Made by a program: the position numbers and the translations under genes. This document shows positions 63,785 through 64,000 of a DNA stretch of 64,000 nucleotides, piece by piece. Source of the stretch: Squalus acanthias (taxonomy: Eukaryota); assembly GCA_030390025.1 (NCBI GenBank), contig CM059431.1, positions 125,242,001 to 125,306,000 of the forward strand. Reading direction: 5' to 3'. The notes under the pieces were generated by a model. That model was not told where the DNA came from. It ran no database searches and was given only the letters and a program-made list of their open reading frames with translations. The first letter of the stretch is position 1. Every line of letters starts with the position of its first letter.

Positions 63785-64000
63785 AACATATCTTATTGGA
63801 GTCTAGGGACTGGCGGATCTTGGGATATCTGTGAGTATTTCCTTCGTTCTCATTCTGCGAGTTTTTCCTTTGGTGTTGAACATTGTGCAAGTAACCTTAG
63901 TAGAGATCAAACAGTGTTCAAGTTGCTGACCTCATCTGAACTAGGTGGACATTGATCATTTTGCGTCTAGCAAATCCTATGTTCCCAAGGAGGCATGCTC

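Overview
Vertebrate nuclear DNA made almost entirely of nested transposable elements. The repeat mix (CR1, L2, Penelope-like, tRNA-SINEs, many PIF/Harbingers) suggests a cartilaginous fish (shark); this is inference only. No host protein-coding gene, rRNA, tRNA gene or CRISPR could be supported. Contents: (1) PIF/Harbinger DNA transposons covering about 25 kb by my approximate boundaries, including one near-complete two-gene element (22073-26170: spliced Myb/SANT gene plus convergent DDE transposase), several decayed or deleted copies and many MITEs; (2) five solo LTRs with exact 4-bp TSDs, three from one ~1.64-kb family; (3) CR1, L2 and another APE-RT LINE with its partner SINE; (4) Penelope-like elements with hammerhead-like motifs; (5) a Tc1/mariner MITE. 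Most notable: a scrambled, decayed viral-envelope-like glycoprotein relic at ~8.1-10.6 kb, and repeated locally templated insertions and inversions in which nearby DNA was copied into junctions. All calls are by eye; no searches were run.
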